Shown here: piece after piece, positions 12,913 through 34,420 of the stretch
Layout of the letters: every line of letters starts with the position of its first letter
Numbering within the stretch: position 1 is the stretch's first letter
From: Paraspadella gotoi
Lineage: Eukaryota; Animalia; Chaetognatha
Reading direction: 5' to 3'
DNA: 64,000 nt
NCBI GenBank assembly: GCA_051294375.1
Contig: CM119266.1
Location: 23,384,413 to 23,448,412, forward strand
Notes under the pieces: generated by a model
Databases searched by the model: none
What the model was told of the DNA's origin: nothing
What the model saw: the letters and a program-made list of their open reading frames with translations, nothing else
Made by a program: the position numbers and the translations under genes

Positions 12913-14837
12913 TTCGTTCCCTATTCCTTTCATCTCGTCGTCCCCCTAACAAGAAAGAGTCGCATGACTTTGCTCGGCGACTTTGACTAATGACATTTTT
13001 TCGTGACTACGAGCTTCGGCCCGGGAGAAAAAAAATCGATATTTCACTTCTTTTTTTTTCTTCTTTTTTTCTTCGAGAGAACGAAAGAGAAAAATATTGT
13101 AGTCGAATCTTTAAACGAGGGAGAATGGAGAATAAAACACTGGGAATTTTTTGTCCCTCTTTCTCCCCCCGTCTCCCTCTCTTCTTAATATATCCGTTTC
13201 TCTATTTCCCCACTATATTTTAATCATTTATTAATGTTTTGAATACCTCACGTTCGAATTTGGACGACATGCTGAGAACCTTGAACTGAAATTCCTTTCA
13301 TTAAGACGACTACAACGACGACGACGACGACGACAAAAAAGTACAGATCGATTTCGTTTCCGTCGGCGTCGAAACCCGGCGCGGGTCACGAGACCCTCCC
13401 GAGATTCCCTTTCTCGGTTCCATCTCGGTTCCATCTCGGGAGTCCCTAATAGGCGTCGTGATCAACGGGGCAATTAAGAAGGCTCCTCAATTTATGGTCT
13501 TTTAAAAAAAAGTCGTTATTGCGATGAAAATTGTCGTCGAGTGGATCATCGCCCGTCAGTCATCCTTTCCGTCGATATGAAATATTAATTAGGAAGAAAG
13601 AGAAAAGGTGGGAAAGGAAAATATAAATGTAGATTGAAAATTGATAGAAGAAAAACGTCGACTGAGGTGGCAAACGTAATTAAAAGAATCGTGCTCAGGA
13701 ATGTTTTTTTTTAAAAAACCCTCTAAAATTCATATAGATTTACGGATTGATAGAGCGAATTAATCACGTTTGGTCGCTGACTCTTCCATAAATATTTAAA
13801 TCCCCTTTTATTTCTTTCCCAAAGAATTTCCATGGAAGTCGTTGAGAAATTAAAGGGTCGAAGCGCTTAATTATTATGGCCCTTTCCCTCTTCACTTTAA
13901 ATATCGTTATTTCCTCTCTTTTTTCCCCCACCCCCGACAGAGCGAGATAGAGAGAGAGAATCTTCCGTCTTGATGAATGAGTTGGTTAATTGAGTGAGGA
14001 AAAGTGCGCACATATCTGCAGAGAGAGGGAGAAAGAGAGAGAGAGAGAGAGAGATGGAGAGGCTCTCTGGGCGCCGCCCGCCGCTCGACGCAGACCGCCG
14101 CCACCGCGACCGCCATCCGCCCGCCGTTGACGAGGCAAGGAGGTACCATTATTTTAATTGACTCCTTTTTCTCTCGCTTTTCCTCCCTTTCCTTTTTTTT
14201 TTTTAAATCTTTTTAAACGCGAGCGCGCGCGGCAAATGGCCATCGAAAGGCGTAAAGTGGCGAAGGACCGGTTCCAACCGCCTTCTCCAAGACGGATCGA
14301 GAGGGAGAGTTCTCCTTTCCCCCCCCCCCCGCTATCCCGCTTTCCCCCGGCCTTCTTCCCTCCAACACGTCTTGGTCCAATGAGTTCATCCGCTTCTAAC
14401 CACTTTGCGTCAATAAACGGACCCATTTATTTATTACTTTTAGTTTCTTTTGAAATAATCAATTTCACGCAAAAAGACTTTAATATGCTACCACCTGCTT
14501 TTCATTGGTTCCGTTGAATTTTACTTTGCTCCTCTAAGTATTTATATTTTTGTATACAAAGCTTATATTAGATATGAAATAAATAATAAGTCTAACACGT
14601 TACAAAATATAAGAAAATAAACTTCGCTTAAATTTTAGAGATGAAATCGTAAGCATATCCTATAAGCGTATCCTATCCTTTTCGAAAGGCACAACGCCAT
14701 GAAAGAAAAGAGCCGCGGGCTATGTTGCTTGGTGGTCTTTTCCATAGATGGCAGTCGGAATCGTGGCTTTGCCAACAAAGGAGCAACGCGGATTCCATGC
14801 CAAGAGATAGTTATAGAATTTACCAAAAAAGAAACTC

Positions 14838-15080
14838 CGTCATGAAATGTAATATGTATTCGATTTAGTCATTCTTAAGAAAACAGTTATCAAGAGCGAC
14901 CTCAAAATATGGCAGTAGTAAACTAAAAGTTGTTATTGAATATAAATTTAACAAATTCGTCATGAAATGTAATATGTATTCGATTAAGTCATTTTTAAGA
15001 AAAAAATATTAAGAGCGACCTCATCCTAATCCCTGTCTACTTACTCATGTCTACTTACTTAAATGTCATAATATGGCAGT
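14838..15080. repeat. Local direct duplication (about 70-bp core CGTCATGAAATGTAATATGTATTCGATT...AAGAGCGACCTCA, 2 copies about 120 bp apart)
   Basis: Two near-identical copies at about 14838 and 14958; ATATGGCAGTAGTAAA is also repeated. Confidence 0.8.
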
Positions 15081-17412
15081 AGTAAAAACTAAAGATTTTC
15101 ACGAATTTACTTAATCTCACTATTTTGCATATTAATATTGATTAAAGAGCACACTTCCATTACTTCAATGTGTAAATTTATTCTATCTGTTAAAAATTTG
15201 GTCAGGTTCTTAACATCAAAAAAGATAAACAAATCAAAGCAAAATTGACCAGTTTTTCAGCTTCCAGTTCTGTTCACACCTTCAGGAGTGAGAGAAAAAC
15301 ACAATAATAATAATTTATGCTTTCACTTCACAAAACGTATTTTAAGGAAAATTTTCTAGATTTTCCGTAAAAAAGTTTTAAAAAATCGGACTTTTTGAGC
15401 AAAAAACAGCGCGAAAAACTTATGAAATTGTAGCTTTGTTGGTTTCTTTGTCGGAGGCTCGCCAAAAAAGATATCAAATGGAGTTCGAATCCCACCTCGG
15501 AAAGGTGGGACACACCACTGCCACCAAGTGGAGGTGGTCGAGATAAAAATGGCGAAGCAAAATGAGATGAATCGATTTATTGAAATCAGCAAAGCGAATG
15601 GAATCGAATTGGCTTATTGTACAAAGTGGAATCCTTTTTATAGAGAGAAAAACTTTGGTTACATTGGTAAACAAAACAATACAAAAAAGAATTCAAAATA
15701 ATTTCTTATCGGGCAATGGAATTTATTAAAGAATTCGTCTGGCGATTTTATTTTCTTTCTTATATAACATTAATCAGGATCTCCATTCTTAATTGAATAT
15801 AAATTTCGAGATTTGTCATGGTTAATAGAAATGACTCGTAAACGACTCGTAATTAAGACTTAATCCCTCAATCGAAATTAAATAGTTCGTTTAGCGCGTT
15901 GTTCTCATAATAAATAAAACTGGGCCATGCGTTTGGAGGATAATCCCCGTATAATCCGCGGAAGTTTTCGACTCCCCGAATCTTTAGCCATCCGAACCCC
16001 GACCGTACCTTTTTTCGGCGAATGCCCGACAATCGAGGACAACCAAAGGGGGGGAGGTTAATCCGGGATCAAAACAATTCCGCCCGCGCGGTTCCATTTC
16101 TCTGGATTTTTTGGTTTTCGGGGTTCGGTTCTCACAAGTCGCCGACTGGGGCGAAGACAGAGCCGCTCTGGCTCGTGGTCAAAGGCAAAGCGGCCGCTTC
16201 GGTCACTGAAGTCGAACGTGGAGCCGCTGGGGCCGGGAACGCGGCCGCGAGTCGGCGACGAAGACAGAGATCGCAAAGACAAAACGGCGTCGGCGTTGAG
16301 GAGCGCGGCGCCGCGGCGTCGTAGGGCGTGGCGGAGACGACAGCCGCTTGAACTTGGCGACGACATTGGAAAAGGTTTTGTCGAAGATGAAAGCTGCCTC
16401 CCAGCGAGATATATTGAGAATACAATTTCTAAACTTCATTTGCATTTGCTTGTGTGAAGAAAATAAAAAAGAATTTTAACTGAAAATACAAACTAAAAAT
16501 ACAAAGGGAACAAAGAAAAATGACGAACCTGAAACAGCGATAGAAGAAATAAAAAAGAAACGAAACAAAACAAAATAGCAGCGGATTCATGGACCGCGGA
16601 TTTCGGAGGAGGAAAAAGAACAATCGTGGCACCGTGTCACCGTGGCACCGTGACATCCACGGCGCAGTGCGGGATGAAAACAAAGTCAAATCGGAGAAAT
16701 CATCGGCCCATAGATTAATCAAAGGCAGGGCGGAGACCCGGAATAAGAAACGTTAAGGCAAAAAAGTAAGGCGGGTCGGTAAAAAGAAGCCAGGCGGACC
16801 AAGAGAAAGGTAAGGGCGGCGGAAAAATGAAAGGCCCAACCTCCGAACCTCCGTTGGATCGCGGCTCGATAAAACGGGTCGGTTTTCCTTTTACTTATTT
16901 TTTTATTTCGTTGCCGCCAGAAAAAAAAAGGGGTTGAAGCTGACCGAAAAAAAAAGGTTGACCTCGGGATGATTCGACCGTGAAGAGAAAGAAAAGAGGA
17001 AGAAGAAAGAAAAAAAAAAGGAAAAGAAAGTGTCAATCTTTGAATGAAAATGGAACTGGAATGGATTCGGAGGGATTTTGACGCTCGAGAGTCAACCGGT
17101 GGGGTTCTCCTCAGAAATGAGTCTCCCTCCTTTCGAAAATTGAAAACAAAGCGAACGAAATGATTTTTCCCGATAAAAATCGTCGTCGTCAGATCAGATG
17201 TTTTGATTTATGTTATAAAAATCGGAGCAAATCCTCAAATTTGTCTAAAATTCTTTGGATTAATACCCATGGCTTGTCCTTTTCTCTTTATCCGCCCCCG
17301 CTTCCCTCTCTCTGCCGTCTGTCATGAGCTCATCGTTCTTCTATCCTTCACTTCAAAATCCCCTCCCCCGACTCTTTCCCTCCTCTCAACGTTAAAGTGT
17401 TTGTAGTTTGTC

Positions 17413-17501
<89 letters not shown>

Positions 17502-17915
17502 GCTCATGTTTCTCCACTCCAGTGTCCTCGAGAGAATTATTTCTCTATTTGTTCGATGTAATTGAGTGATTGATAGATTTTAAAGGGACTTTGAAACGAG
17601 AGCTCTCTCTCTCTTAAAACTTAAAAGGAATAATTGAACTTCTTATTTTTTTTTTGGCGTGGACCGAATCCATTCTTTTCTATCCTCGTTAAGGGCGGTA
17701 ACGATTTGTGAAAGTTTTTTCTGGTGAAAATCAAAGCGACAGAGAATAAAAAAGAAGAGTGAGTAAGGAGTCGGTAAAAGGAAAGGTGGGGAGCTCTTAA
17801 CTGTCGTTTTTTACGCAATAAAGTGTTGGAGAGAGAAAATTGGTAATTGAATGGACTCGTGAGAAGATATGGAAAGAGGATGGGNNNNNNNNNNNNNNNN
17901 NNNNNNNNNACTGAT

Positions 17916-18016
<101 letters not shown>

Positions 18017-18130
18017 ACAAAAAAAACAGAAAGCAAGGTAAGTTAAGAAAACCTTCACGAGGTCTGTATCCCGGGATTAAGGAATGTTCCGAAATAGATT
18101 TTTCTTTTCTTTTCGTTCCCTCAATCTCTC

Positions 18131-18230
<100 letters not shown>

Positions 18231-18247
18231 AGCACAAGTCTAGAAGG

Positions 18248-25712
<7,465 letters not shown>

Positions 25713-26082
25713 TTTTTAGTTTTGTATATCTAAAATTGAGTAGGATAGATCAACGGACAGACGCACCCAGTGATCAAAAAGTGACTTATATGCTCACGAC
25801 TCAACCTAATATATGCTACTTATTCATTTTGATGATCCTTACTTTAATGACTCCTAAATGTACTTCAATGATAAAAAAAAATATATAATCTTATTTAGCA
25901 CCTACTTTTATTCACTCTGAATTTTTACAATTTTTTTTCAGCTACTTTTTAGTTTATTTGTCGGATTTTAGTATATAAAAAATCTGTAATTGCGGCAAAG
26001 TCAGATCCCAAATAATATAGCAAAACAAAATACACGATCCCCTTGTCCCACCAAGAGACCAAAGCTCATCATCGTTTCCTAC

Positions 26083-27823
26083 CTCCGGTGTTGCCCCGCA
26101 TCCAGGGAAAGATGGCCGGCGAGTCCTCGTCCTTCTCCCCGTCCTCCTCCCCCTCCTCCTCCTCCCCTTTCTTCTCTTGCGAGGGAGAGGACGAGCCGGG
26201 GGGAGTGGCGGCGGCGGCGGCGGAGGCGGCGGCGGTGGCGGCGGATGGACTGGGGTCCGAGCCGCGGTTGGAAGAGGACGAAGAGGCCGACGACGACGAC
26301 GAAGAGGACGAGGAGGAAGAAGGGGCGGAGGAGGAGGAAGCGGAGGCGGAGGTGGGGCCGGAGGATGAAGCGGCGGAGGGCCGATCGGCCTCGGAGGCCT
26401 TGGAGGCGGCGCCCTTGACCGAGGCGTCGGCGGAGAGTCGCGACGACGCCGAGGACGACGTCGTCGTGGTCGTCGTCGGCGACGCTGACGACCCGATGGA
26501 TCGGCCGAGGAGAGGAGACGTCGCCTCCTCCGATTTAAGGGTGGAAGGGTTAAGGTGAGAAGGGACGGGGGAAGACTGGTGATGATGCTGGTGATGATTA
26601 TGCTGATGATGATTATGAGAATTGCCGCTCACGTTGGCCGGCAGGTGTTGCTGATGATGTGGGTGCTGCCCTTGCTGCGACTCCAGCCCCATCGGCCCCG
26701 GCGAGCGGGGTAGGCTGGGGCAGGGGCTGCTCTCGCCGCCGCTGGTGTACGCCTCCGAAGGCGGCGACCCGCAGCTCTGCAGGTGATGCTCCGATGCCAC
26801 TGCGCCATTGTCCGCGAACGTCTTGAACTTCCTGACGCCGTTAAAGGGGTCGTCGAGGGCGGCGGCGACGGCGGCGTTGGCGGCGGCGTGGAGGTTTGCG
26901 TGATGCGAGAGCGGTGGAGACCGCGGGAGGGCGAGCGAGCGTGAGTCCGGCGAGAGACTCTGCTGATGATGATGATGATGCTGTTGAGGATGCTGATGCT
27001 GCTGCAGCCCCGGGTGAGAGTTTTGGTCAGAGGCTTTGGGCGCTAACGCCGCAGCCGACGCCGCGGCGCCGCCGTAGACGTCAAATTCCGCGGCGCCGAT
27101 GCTTTGGTAGGCGCACGACATGTGATAAAAGTTGGAGGCGCCGGCGCTGGCGGCGGCGTCCAGCGGAGTCTTCGGCGTCGCCATCGACGCCGCCATGTCG
27201 TAGCACCGATCCATAGGCGGCGTCAGCGAGGCGATCGAGTTGCCCGTTGATGCCAGCGGCGCCGTCTGAGAATGCAGCGCCGCCGCCGCGTGATGGGCGC
27301 TCACCGAGAAAGCGTTGTACGGCGTCGAGGACGAAGGGCGCGACGACGACGTCGGAGAGTAAGGGCCGATGACGTCGTGGCCGAGGTAAGGGTGACTTAC
27401 CGCTGACGAAGTGGGCGTGGCCAAACCGGGTGAGGCGTCGCCAGGGGCGCCTCCGCCGCCGCCGTCGGAGAGGGAGCGCTGATGATGTTGATGATGGAGT
27501 TGTTGCTGGGCTTGGGAGTGATGGGGATGGACGTCGAGAGAGTTGGCCGCCGTGGTGGTGGCGCCGGGGTAGCAGGAGGAAAAAGCGTTGTCGCCGGCCG
27601 CAGCGGCGACTGCTGCAGCCGCGGCCGCGGCCGAGGGTGAGTCATGATCGCCGGGTGAAGTCGACAGGAAACCGGCGCCTGAAGGGGGAATGTCAGCGAA
27701 CTTACCGACGCCGCTACCGACGCCGCCGAGACCGATCCCGCCGCCGGCGTCGTAACCGCCAAAGTAAGACTCTTGGCCGTGGGAAAAGTTTTGCGAAAAG
27801 ACGTGTGAGTAGTGAGACGTCAT
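26083..27823 (-). CDS. Hox6: Central Hox gene (Hox6/Lox5 group), exon 1: long low-complexity N-terminus with hexapeptide
   Basis: First ATG at 27823 gives MTSHYSHVF (SSYF-like Hox N-terminus); 580 open codons, GC-rich; ends AIFPWMRGNTG with phase-1 donor G|GTAGGA at 26082, matching the phase-1 acceptor at 12078 (G+AT=Asp). Confidence 0.93.
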
Positions 27824-27850
27824 GGCGGGATAGGGGGCGCGGTCGCGGGA

Positions 27851-27905
27851 CCGGAAGTGACGGGACAAGTGGGCGTGTTCCGGCGGGAGAAACCGGAAGT
27901 GACGT
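27851..27905. promoter_or_regulatory. Two CCGGAAGTGACG (ETS/CRE-like) motifs just upstream of the Hox start codon
   Basis: Exact 12-mer repeated at 27851 and 27893. Confidence 0.35.
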
Positions 27906-28364
27906 CGAAATGAAGAGATGGAAGATGGCGTGGAGGTTGAGGGAATAGAAGTGGCTGAGGGAAGATAATTTATAAATGTTTTTTTAAATTTTTTTCAATA
28001 AAGTTTCTTCGTTTTGGGCGATTTAATTAATCTTTTTTTGTCGTTTTAACACCGAAGACTGTTTTCGAGTTTTGTCAAATTGATTCATGTGTTTGTGTCG
28101 ATTGCTTCTCTGGGTTAATTCGGTATTAAATTAAATTAAACTAACGGCTACAACGCGCGAAGTTTTTTTCAGTTAGTTTCTTTTTTTTTTTCATTCGGTT
28201 AATATTTTAGCTTTTGTTTTAATTTTAGCCGATTGCTCGCTTGTTTTTTTTTTCTGTCTTTCCTTCGTCATCCCCCGTTGCATGCCGCGAAAAAAGAGAA
28301 GAAGAGAGTATTATGACGACGACGGTGGTGACCGAAAAAAAAGAACCTGAAAACGAAAAGGGAA

Positions 28365-28392
28365 TCACGTGACGAATTTCTGGGGGACCAAT
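28365..28392 (-). promoter_or_regulatory. Candidate Hox proximal promoter module: CCAAT box plus E-box TCACGTGA
   Basis: Minus strand reads GTGATTGG-N-TCACGTGA about 550 bp upstream of the ATG; NF-Y/USF-type pairs are known at vertebrate Hox promoters. Confidence 0.4.
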
Positions 28393-28807
28393 CACGGATC
28401 GACGCTCCGGCCTCGTGGTGGAAAGAGAGGAGGGAAAAACACGACAGAAAGGGAGAAAGAGAGAGAGAGACACGAAGCGATAGAGAGAGAGAGAGATGGG
28501 GACCACCCCGTGAGGAAGAGACGTCGTCGTCGAGGAGGAGGAAGAGGAGGAGAAAAAAGAACGACGACGACGAAGAAGAAGACGACGAAAAGAAGACTGA
28601 GGGTTTTTGTTGCAACGAGAGAAAAAGAGTGGGAGAGGAGAGAGTGATGATGCTGATGACGATGACAAAGATGACGACGATGACGAGGCGATCCTCGCGT
28701 AGCCTTCACCGCGCGTTGGCGAGGGAGCGAGAAGAGAGACGGAGAGAGAAAGAGGGACGGAGAAGTTTCACTGATAGAGAGAGAGAGAGGAGAGATAGGA
28801 GAGAGAG

Positions 28808-28913
<106 letters not shown>

Positions 28914-29578
28914 TGTTGAAAAGAAATTTAAGGCTAATAAAATAAATATCATTATTTTCATTCATGATTTCAGATTAAAAACTCGTCGTGAAAAATCACA
29001 GAGGACAGCAACTTGTGTTTAAAAATGTTATTCTAAAACAAATACAGAAACATAGAAACAAAAACAAACTAATGTTGCGAATTTAACCTGAAATCAAAAA
29101 AATTTTCACAAAGAAAGTTTTCACGGAAAAATACTATTTACTATCAAAAGTTTTTTTTTTCAAGAGTCAATTGAAACAATTCGTTTTGCCATTATTCATT
29201 ATGATACAAGCAGAGATATAAACGAGACAAATCATTTTCCAACGATAAATGCCGAAGACATTAGCAGGAAAAAATACGAGCACCATGAAACGAAAATACG
29301 TTTAAAAATAGAGAAAAGGCGAAAAAAAGGGAAACTGTTTTTGTGACTTCTGCTTCTGTCCTTCCGCAGGAGTTTCGTCGTCGTCGTCGTCGTCGTCGTC
29401 CTCGCGGTCGATGTTCGCTTTCCACGTCGTCGTCCTCCTCGTCGTCGTTCTCTCCGTCGTCGTCGTCGTCCTCATCGTCGCCCCGCGCGTCGCCGGTCGT
29501 GGAGTTGAGTTATTGCTCAATTGAAATCAGCTGAGGCGATTTTCGGTCTCGTTATACTACATCGTCGAACGAGGGGCC

Positions 29579-29678
<100 letters not shown>

Positions 29679-30656
29679 CTCCCCCAGAGCTCCGCCCCGT
29701 TATGGCCCTTAAAACCCCGAATGCCCCGCCCCCCGGAGGCCGTTAAGACCCGAACGGTCCCACCCCTGACACGTTTTCCCTCCCGTCACGGTCCAACGTG
29801 TGACGGGCGGGGATTCATAGGGGGACGAAGTCGTGATAAGGGGGGAGAAAGCGGAAAAGGTTGAATCCGCGTTTAAGTTCCGCTGGGATTTATTTTTTTT
29901 TAGAAAATAGAAAAAAATTATTACGTTTCTAAATGCTTATTCATTGTTGTTTTTAGAGCATTGCCCGTTGAAGAGTCATAAAAAGTTATGTTACTGATCT
30001 GGGAAATGGGAAGTTAAGATAAGAAATTATTAAAAAATGCAGTATACTGCTAAAAAATCCCACTATGTAAATATTTTACCTCTCTCTCTCTCTCTCTCGT
30101 GTCCTCTCTTGTGCTCTCTGTCCTCTCCACCCTCCGTCTCGTCTCTCTCTTCCTCTCTCTCTCTCTCTCGTCTCCCTCTCCTCTCCTTCCCCTCCTTCTC
30201 TTTCTTTCTTCTCTTCGCTCCGGTCTAAAACAAACAAAACAAAAAGCTTTCGCGATATCTCCGGCTTCGATATTTTTTTCCCCAAACTTGAAATTGAGAA
30301 AATTCCTCCATTTTTTTCCTTCATATTTTCTCTTCTTCTTTCTTTTTTTTTTTTTTTTTGTGGCAGCGTGTCCGTCCCCTTTCTTCGAGTCTAAAAACGG
30401 AGATATGGGGAAAGAACTAAGGCAGCGACCATTTAGAAAAGGAGAACCTAAACAAGGGAATGGAAGGCAAACAGGAACAGACGGTCAGGGTCAAACCGAT
30501 TTCTTATTCTTTCTGCTTTTCTCTTCTGTCTGCCTCTTTCTCTCGTTTTGACTTTTTTTTTAGGTTCATTTCTTTTTTTTTCTTTTACTTTTGAGTTTTG
30601 ACTATTTCTTTCTTTCTTTCTTTCTTTTTTATTATTTCCTTTTTTCTTTCCAAATT

Positions 30657-30700
<44 letters not shown>

Positions 30701-31087
30701 ACTGTCATACTTTTAGTTTTTTCATTTTTTCTTTCTTTGTTTTTCTAAGTTTCTATCAATTTTTCTAGCAAGTTATACCCATTATACCTTTTTTAAATAA
30801 TTTTGTAACCTTAATCCGATTTTCACCTACATATAAGCATTGCATATTAAGCAATAATTCATCTCTTCACTCTTCACCAAATCTCCGCCCGTATCTCGAT
30901 CCACCTTTCAACTCCCCTTCTCAAAACGCCCCTATCAACCACCTCCGGAATTCCCCCCCCCCGATCTCCGAATTATTTCCTAATTAGGGATTTTGAGTTA
31001 TGGTTCGTATTTAAGGAGGTTGTTGGCTCTGACGTCCACGACTCGAGAGCAGACATTTATTTCTGCGAGGAAAAGACGACGACGACA

Positions 31088-31125
<38 letters not shown>

Positions 31126-32496
31126 TACAACGACGACACAAAATATAAATAGAACGAAGATGAAGATGAATTTGAAATGATGTCGATGAAGATGAAGATG
31201 AAGATGAAGATGAAGATGAAGATGATCTTAATGGCAATAAGGAAAGAAGGGAACAAGTTTTATACAAATAAAATAGGAATAAAATAAAATTAGGATGTAA
31301 AATTATAGTTAATATGATATTTTAAAATTTAATGCGACTAAATAAATGCGACAGGTGTAAATAAAATGATCAAAAAGAGTTGACCGAGAAAGTAAATGTT
31401 TTGGCCAGAAATACTATTTGCAGCATTGTAAATGTTGAAACTGACTGATATTAAAAAGTTCGAAAAAAAGAAAAGACGACGACGACGACGCCGACGACAA
31501 CGACGACGACGACAACGACGACGACGACGACTCCGGGTCCGAATTCTCCGGGTCTGGCTTTGGCCTCTGACTTTTTTTCTGATTTATGCTCGGGTTTCGT
31601 GTCTCTGATTTTTTTTCTTTTTCCTTTCATTTTCTTACATTTTTTCTTTTTTTTTTTTGACTCAGATAAAAAGTCATAGCTTTTTTTGAGAAGGTGGGGA
31701 AAGTAAGGTGGGTTGGGGACGAGTGAGGGGGAAAATATTGTTCAACGTTTATTCTGATTAGTCTACTCATTTATTATTCTTCTTTCTTCAAAGGTAAGAG
31801 GGACGTCGTTTTGCTTTTTAATCTTTTAATCTTTTAATACCTTCGCGGGTCTGCCTCTCTCTCTTTCCTCTTTTTCTTATCCTTTCTATCTCTCAAATTC
31901 TAAAATTTAGAATGAAGAAACATTGAAACTAAATTACTTATCATTTTTATGTATTAAAATGAATACGTAGCCTCAATATTGTATCATTTGTTACTTAATT
32001 ATCGCATTGTTTAGCAATAAACTACAATTTAAAACTTCCATCGCCTAAACTAAAAGCAAGATCATCCTTATACCAATACAACCTATTTATTTACAGTTTA
32101 ACTCTCTTTCTCTCTCTCTCTCTCTCCTCTCTGTTCTCTCTTCCTCATCTCACTTCGGTCGATCCCACGCCTCTATTCGCTCATCGATGTTGCGAACATT
32201 TTAATGCCGCCTGTCAAATCCGATCTCTAGATTTTCTTTCTCGTCTTCTTGTATCTCTACTCTCTACTCTCTTCAAATACTCTCCAATCTCATCTCTCTC
32301 CATCTCTTCAACTCTCATACTCTCTCATCTTCTTCATCTCTCTCTCTCTCTCTCTTCTCCAACTTTTAGACTTTAGGTCAATCGCCCTTTCCCTCTTGCC
32401 CGTTGCGACAGCGGCCTCGGCGGCGGTAACAACGCCAGTGCGGCGGCTACGCCGCCATCTCAACTGTGCGAGCGGACGACATGGGATAGAAGAAAG

Positions 32497-32549
<53 letters not shown>

Positions 32550-34127
32550 TGAGCAGAGAGAATGAGAGAGAGAGGGAGCGAGAAGAGAGAGAGTTTTGAC
32601 ACTTTTATTGGCTTTTGTGACGGGAGAGGGGTAGCGAGGGGTTAGGGGGGGTGCTTATGGGAAAGGCCTGAGAGCGCTGAGTGATTGAGGATTGTAAAAC
32701 TTTAAGCAAAGTTTTGTTTTTTATATTTTATTTTCATAACGTTTATGAACAACGTAAATAATATCGATAAGTTTATGAGATAAACTTATTAACGAACTCG
32801 AGAATATTAAATTCGATCGAAAGTACTCGACTCTCAAAGATAAAGAGATACGTACCCGAATGAACTTTGATAATATGCTTGCTCACTTTGCACGATGACG
32901 TAATAGCCTAATTTGCGACTCGTTTCGTACATGTAGGTAGAGCTTTCTAAAAACAGCCACCACGAACGCTAAAAATTAAGCTTTGTAACAAAACCTAGTA
33001 ACTATAATTAGCAATTAACAACGCTCACCTCTGGACGCAAACGAAATACCAATTTCCTCCGAAGATCGAAATAATTTGTACGACGATATCGTCATCTTCA
33101 TCGTTGTCGTCGTCGTTCAAGTCGTTCTCGTCGACGTATTCGTTTTTATCGTCGTCGTCTTCGTCGTCGTCATCTTCATCGTCGTCGCCCGAATCCGACG
33201 AAATCGACGATCGTCGAATTGGAGATTGGGAGAATCGAGGATTCGAATTCGAGACTCAAAGGATCGATCGATCATTGATCATCGAACGCAGACGATCGAA
33301 TCATTAGTCAAAAAGCGAAAACATCAAAAACCGCTCCGCCTTCTCTCTCTCTCTCTCGCTCTCTATCTTTCTTCATTCGCTCTCTCCCTCTCTGTCGTCT
33401 AGTTTTCCAGTCGGACATTCCGTAATCGATTTCACTCGACTCCAAGGTAATCGCATTAGACGAAGACGACTCAAAATATATCTGCGTTTTGTCTCTTTTT
33501 TTTTCCGCTTTTTTTTCCCATATATATATATATATATATATAATTTTATTTCAGGCCTACGAAAAATCACCGCGCGGTTTGAGAAATTTCGACTATCTAC
33601 ATTAAGACGGTCCAAAATTTAACACTTTTTATAACTTCAAGTTCTCTCAAAAAAAATCCTTTTTTCATTCTATTACTAAATCGATTTTCAATGCAACTTT
33701 TTGTATTAGTTCATTGGGTTGTTGCACTGAAGCTTTTAAATATTTATTAATATATAACAAATGACAAATTTTTTTAAAAAAAAATATTTTTTAAGAACAG
33801 ATTCCTTTAGAGCTTGAAAGTTAAATGAAAGTTAGTACTACATTTTTTAAAAATTTTGACAATAATTTGGTTAAAAATAAAAAACCTTAAAAAATCATCA
33901 TCATCATTATCATTGGCTGAATTTTATAGTTTTTTAAAATTTTTATCAATAAAATAAATTTAAAAAAGTCATATTAATAACCTTTATCTAACTTTTTTTA
34001 TTTTTTTTTTATTTTCATATTCTCTAACAGTCACTTAACCATTATTTATTTAAGAGAACTTCTAGTTTTTAACCTGTTCCGGCCTAATATACAATTATAC
34101 ATCCTGTCGACCATGGTTATATTTTGT

Positions 34128-34420
34128 TATGAAATTCGTACAACCAATATAAAAATTATTCATTCATTTAATAATTAAGCTATCTTGACCCTGACTTTGT
34201 ACACTTTCCAGGCTTTGGTGATTTAAGGCCTCATCACTCTTTCAAGATAATGATATAGCAGGTCCCTGCAAGCTTTTAATAAAGACTCTTACGGTCTCGT
34301 TTATTCACTCCATATAATAATATCCATATAATATTTCAAAGAATGTTTCAATTACATGAAAAGACCACTCCCTTTAGTATTAGATAGGGGGATACTATAT
34401 TGTGCTACGCTCAGCATCAA
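34128..34420 (+). mobile_element. Interspersed repeat family, copy 1 (unclassified non-autonomous element)
   Basis: Collinear, diverged reverse-complement match to 50925-51220, e.g. GAAATT(C/G)GT(A/G)CAACCAAT...ATTATTCATTCATTTAATAA..AAGCTATCTTG and TTTATTCACTCC. Confidence 0.7.

Noticed and set aside
15480-15500. tRNA gene suggested by GTTCGAATCCC; also an A-box-like GTGGCCGAG at about 51298
   Set aside because: No partner box or cloverleaf at either site; at most decayed SINE remnants.
27824-27868. ORF-track start at 27868 for the 599-aa ORF
   Set aside because: It is a non-ATG (TTG) start; the first ATG at 27823 gives the Hox-like MTSHY N-terminus.
25990-27948. Plus-strand and alternative-frame ORFs overlapping Hox exon 1 (e.g. 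26043-26558, 27430-27948)
   Set aside because: Shadow ORFs of a GC-rich, low-complexity coding exon.
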